Assembly (NCBI GenBank): GCA_964489705.1
Contig: CAZAZQ010000013.1
Coordinates: 7,085 to 71,084 of the forward strand
Direction of reading: 5' to 3'
DNA: 64,000 bases
Source: an uncultured Ignavibacteriales bacterium
GTDB taxonomy: Bacteria > Zixibacteria > MSB-5A5 > GN15 > FEB-12
Shown here: in pieces, positions 62,038-64,000 of the stretch
How positions within the stretch are numbered: position 1 is the first letter of the stretch
Layout of the letters: every line of letters starts with the position of its first letter
The notes under the pieces: model-generated
Told to the model about the DNA's origin: nothing
Database searches by the model: none
What the model saw: the letters and a program-made list of their open reading frames with translations, nothing else
Made by a program: the position numbers and the translations under genes

Positions 62038-64000
62038 ATGGGAACCCCGGCGCAAGCGGCAAAGAGTTTTCTCCTCTTCTTTTTCTTTACCACAATAACC
62101 GCCACGACCTTCAGCCAAGTTCCGTTGGCTTTGGATCCGTTTTGGGAATCATCCGAGTCGGGTGTCTATTCCACCGGCATGATATGGTATGACGCTGACA
62201 AGGACGGGTATATCGACGTCTTTTTTTCCAATGGGAACGATATGGCGCTGGCTCCCAATACCATCTACCTGTCCGATTATGGGACCCTGTCGAGTCTGTC
62301 GGCTTCCTGGTCATCGACCAACGCCGAGTATTCCGGGCATTGTGCCGTGGGAGATCTGAACGGTGACGGCTTCCCGGAGTTTGTGGTCGCCAACTACCTC
62401 GGCGCCGACGGGTTTTCTTCCGCCAACCATTCCAATATGTATCTCAACCTCAACGGCTTTGTCAATCCCAGCCCGGATTGGTACACCGCTGACAGCATGT
62501 ACTCCTTTTCATGTGCCCTTGGCGATGTTGACATGGACGGCGATCTCGACGTTATTTTCGCCACCGGCGAGGGGTACAACTCGATTTATCAGCGTGACCT
62601 GATTTACTTCAACGTCAATGGAACGCTCCAGACCAGCCCCGGCTGGCAATCGGCTATCCTGACGGCGGCAATGGACGTGACGGTCGGAGATGTCGACAAC
62701 GACGGCGACCTCGATCTTGCTTTTTGTTATGGTAACCGGGCTCCCTCGATATTTTACAACAACAGCGGAACGATCGAAACCTCGCCGGGGTGGGTATCCA
62801 ATGACAACGAACCGGGCAATACGCTGGTGTTCGGAGATGTCAACGGGGACGGTTGGCTTGACCTGGTGGTGGCGTTCAATAATCAGACCGGCGGGGGAGG
62901 GTACTATAAAGTGTACTTTAACGACGGCACCGGTTCACTCAATCCGTCTTACGGTTGGCGCTCTTCCTCCGGAGGGTACGGCTCGGCGCTGTCTTTGTAT
63001 GATTACGACAACGATGGGGACGATGATTTGGCTGCCGGTCGGTGGTGGGATCGTCCTCGTATGTACGAGAACGTTGGAGGTACTTTCACCTTAGCCCCGG
63101 TCTGGCGGGCAACTCCGTCGACGGTGGTGGAGGAGTTGGCGTGGGTTGATGTCGACGGGGACGGGGTAGAGCTGATAATCGACACGATTTCTTCGTCTTC
63201 ATCTCGGAAGTTGTTTTATACCGCCAAGCATCCGCTCTATTCTTTTGATTCGGTCATTGTGGATGGGGTGAAGCTTAACTATGACGAATACTGCTTTGAT
63301 TTGATTTCCGGTTGGGTGTCGTTGGCTCAGGCTCCGGTCTCAGAGGTACGGTTGTACTATCAATATTCATACAAAAACGACCTCGCCGTAGCCAACTGGG
63401 ATGTCTATAACGAAGTCTTCGGCAATACCAACCAACCATACGTTGATTTTGCCGCTGATATCACCGTGGGATTTGCGCCGTTGACGGTGCAGTTCTCCGA
63501 CAACTCGCAGGGTGCGACCGGTTGGCTCTGGCGGTTCGGTGATGGTGACAGTTCCGCGGTGCAAAATGCCGCTCACACCTTCACAGCAGCGGGAAGTTAT
63601 GATGTCTTCTTGCAGGCTCTTCTTCCCGACGGTTGGCACAACCACACCAAGCGGCACTTGGTGACCGTGTTGGCTGATACTTTGTTTCTACCGGACGATA
63701 CTTTTGTCATCAACCCCGGTGACACGCTTCGAATGCCCATATATCTGGAAAATACTCAGCCGATGGAGAGCTTTACTCTTCCCATTACGTGGAGTGGGGC
63801 GGTGGAATTGAATTACCTCGGCTTTGATACCGATTCCTGCCGAACGGATTATTTTGAGAAAGTTCAACTTACGGGCTTTGACCCGATCAATCAGAAGTTG
63901 GTCTTCCGATTTGTCGCCAACACCGGGGGGACTGCCCTTCCTCTGGAACCCGGGAAGGGAAGGCTCATCAATATCTCTTTTGTCCATAGTTCCGGGTTTG
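62038..64000 (+). CDS. Secreted FG-GAP/VCBS repeat protein with PKD and cohesin-like domains (3'-truncated; absent from ORF track)
   Basis: AAGGAG RBS, ATG 62038, signal peptide, repeated DxDxDGxxD motifs, APLTVQFSD..WLWRFGDG PKD; frame appears open to the window end. Confidence 0.9.
   Translation, partial: MGTPAQAAKSFLLFFFFTTITATTFSQVPLALDPFWESSESGVYSTGMIWYDADKDGYIDVFFSNGNDMALAPNTIYLSDYGTLSSLSASWSSTNAEYSGHCAVGDLNGDGFPEFVVANYLGADGFSSANHSNMYLNLNGFVNPSPDWYTADSMYSFSCALGDVDMDGDLDVIFATGEGYNSIYQRDLIYFNVNGTLQTSPGWQSAILTAAMDVTVGDVDNDGDLDLAFCYGNRAPSIFYNNSGTIETSPGWVSNDNEPGNTLVFGDVNGDGWLDLVVAFNNQTGGGGYYKVYFNDGTGSLNPSYGWRSSSGGYGSALSLYDYDNDGDDDLAAGRWWDRPRMYENVGGTFTLAPVWRATPSTVVEELAWVDVDGDGVELIIDTISSSSSRKLFYTAKHPLYSFDSVIVDGVKLNYDEYCFDLISGWVSLAQAPVSEVRLYYQYSYKNDLAVANWDVYNEVFGNTNQPYVDFAADITVGFAPLTVQFSDNSQGATGWLWRFGDGDSSAVQNAAHTFTAAGSYDVFLQALLPDGWHNHTKRHLVTVLADTLFLPDDTFVINPGDTLRMPIYLENTQPMESFTLPITWSGAVELNYLGFDTDSCRTDYFEKVQLTGFDPINQKLVFRFVANTGGTALPLEPGKGRLINISFVHSSGF

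Overview
Bacterial chromosomal window of mostly housekeeping and envelope genes. The organism is probably FCB-superphylum and Zixibacteria-like; this is inferred from the dockerin- and FlgD-Ig-tailed secreted proteins and needs 16S classification. In order, it holds: prmA-rsmE-pilD; a DUF2723(TMEM260-like)/GT4/flippase operon; a complete rRNA operon (16S, tRNA-Ile, tRNA-Ala, 23S, 5S); a minus-strand run of ECF sigma, anti-sigma, catalytically dead HtrA, CMD, TamB, TamA, iscS and mnmA; dsbD, a pseudo-receiver protein, rhomboid, trxA, a CoA activase and a second DUF2723; a cluster of anion porin, periplasmic rhodanese, TtrS/ThsS-like binding protein and MCP preceded by sigma28-like promoters; an AmmeMemoRadiSam B-A fusion; secreted metalloproteases; a lipoprotein/beta-barrel/M6 protease operon with a sigma54 motif and twin TATGGG-N6-CCCATA palindromes opposite a WYL regulator; and a truncated FG-GAP/PKD/cohesin-like protein missing from the ORF track. 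No CRISPR array, transposase, integrase or prophage gene was seen. All family calls come from motif recognition by eye, not from database searches.
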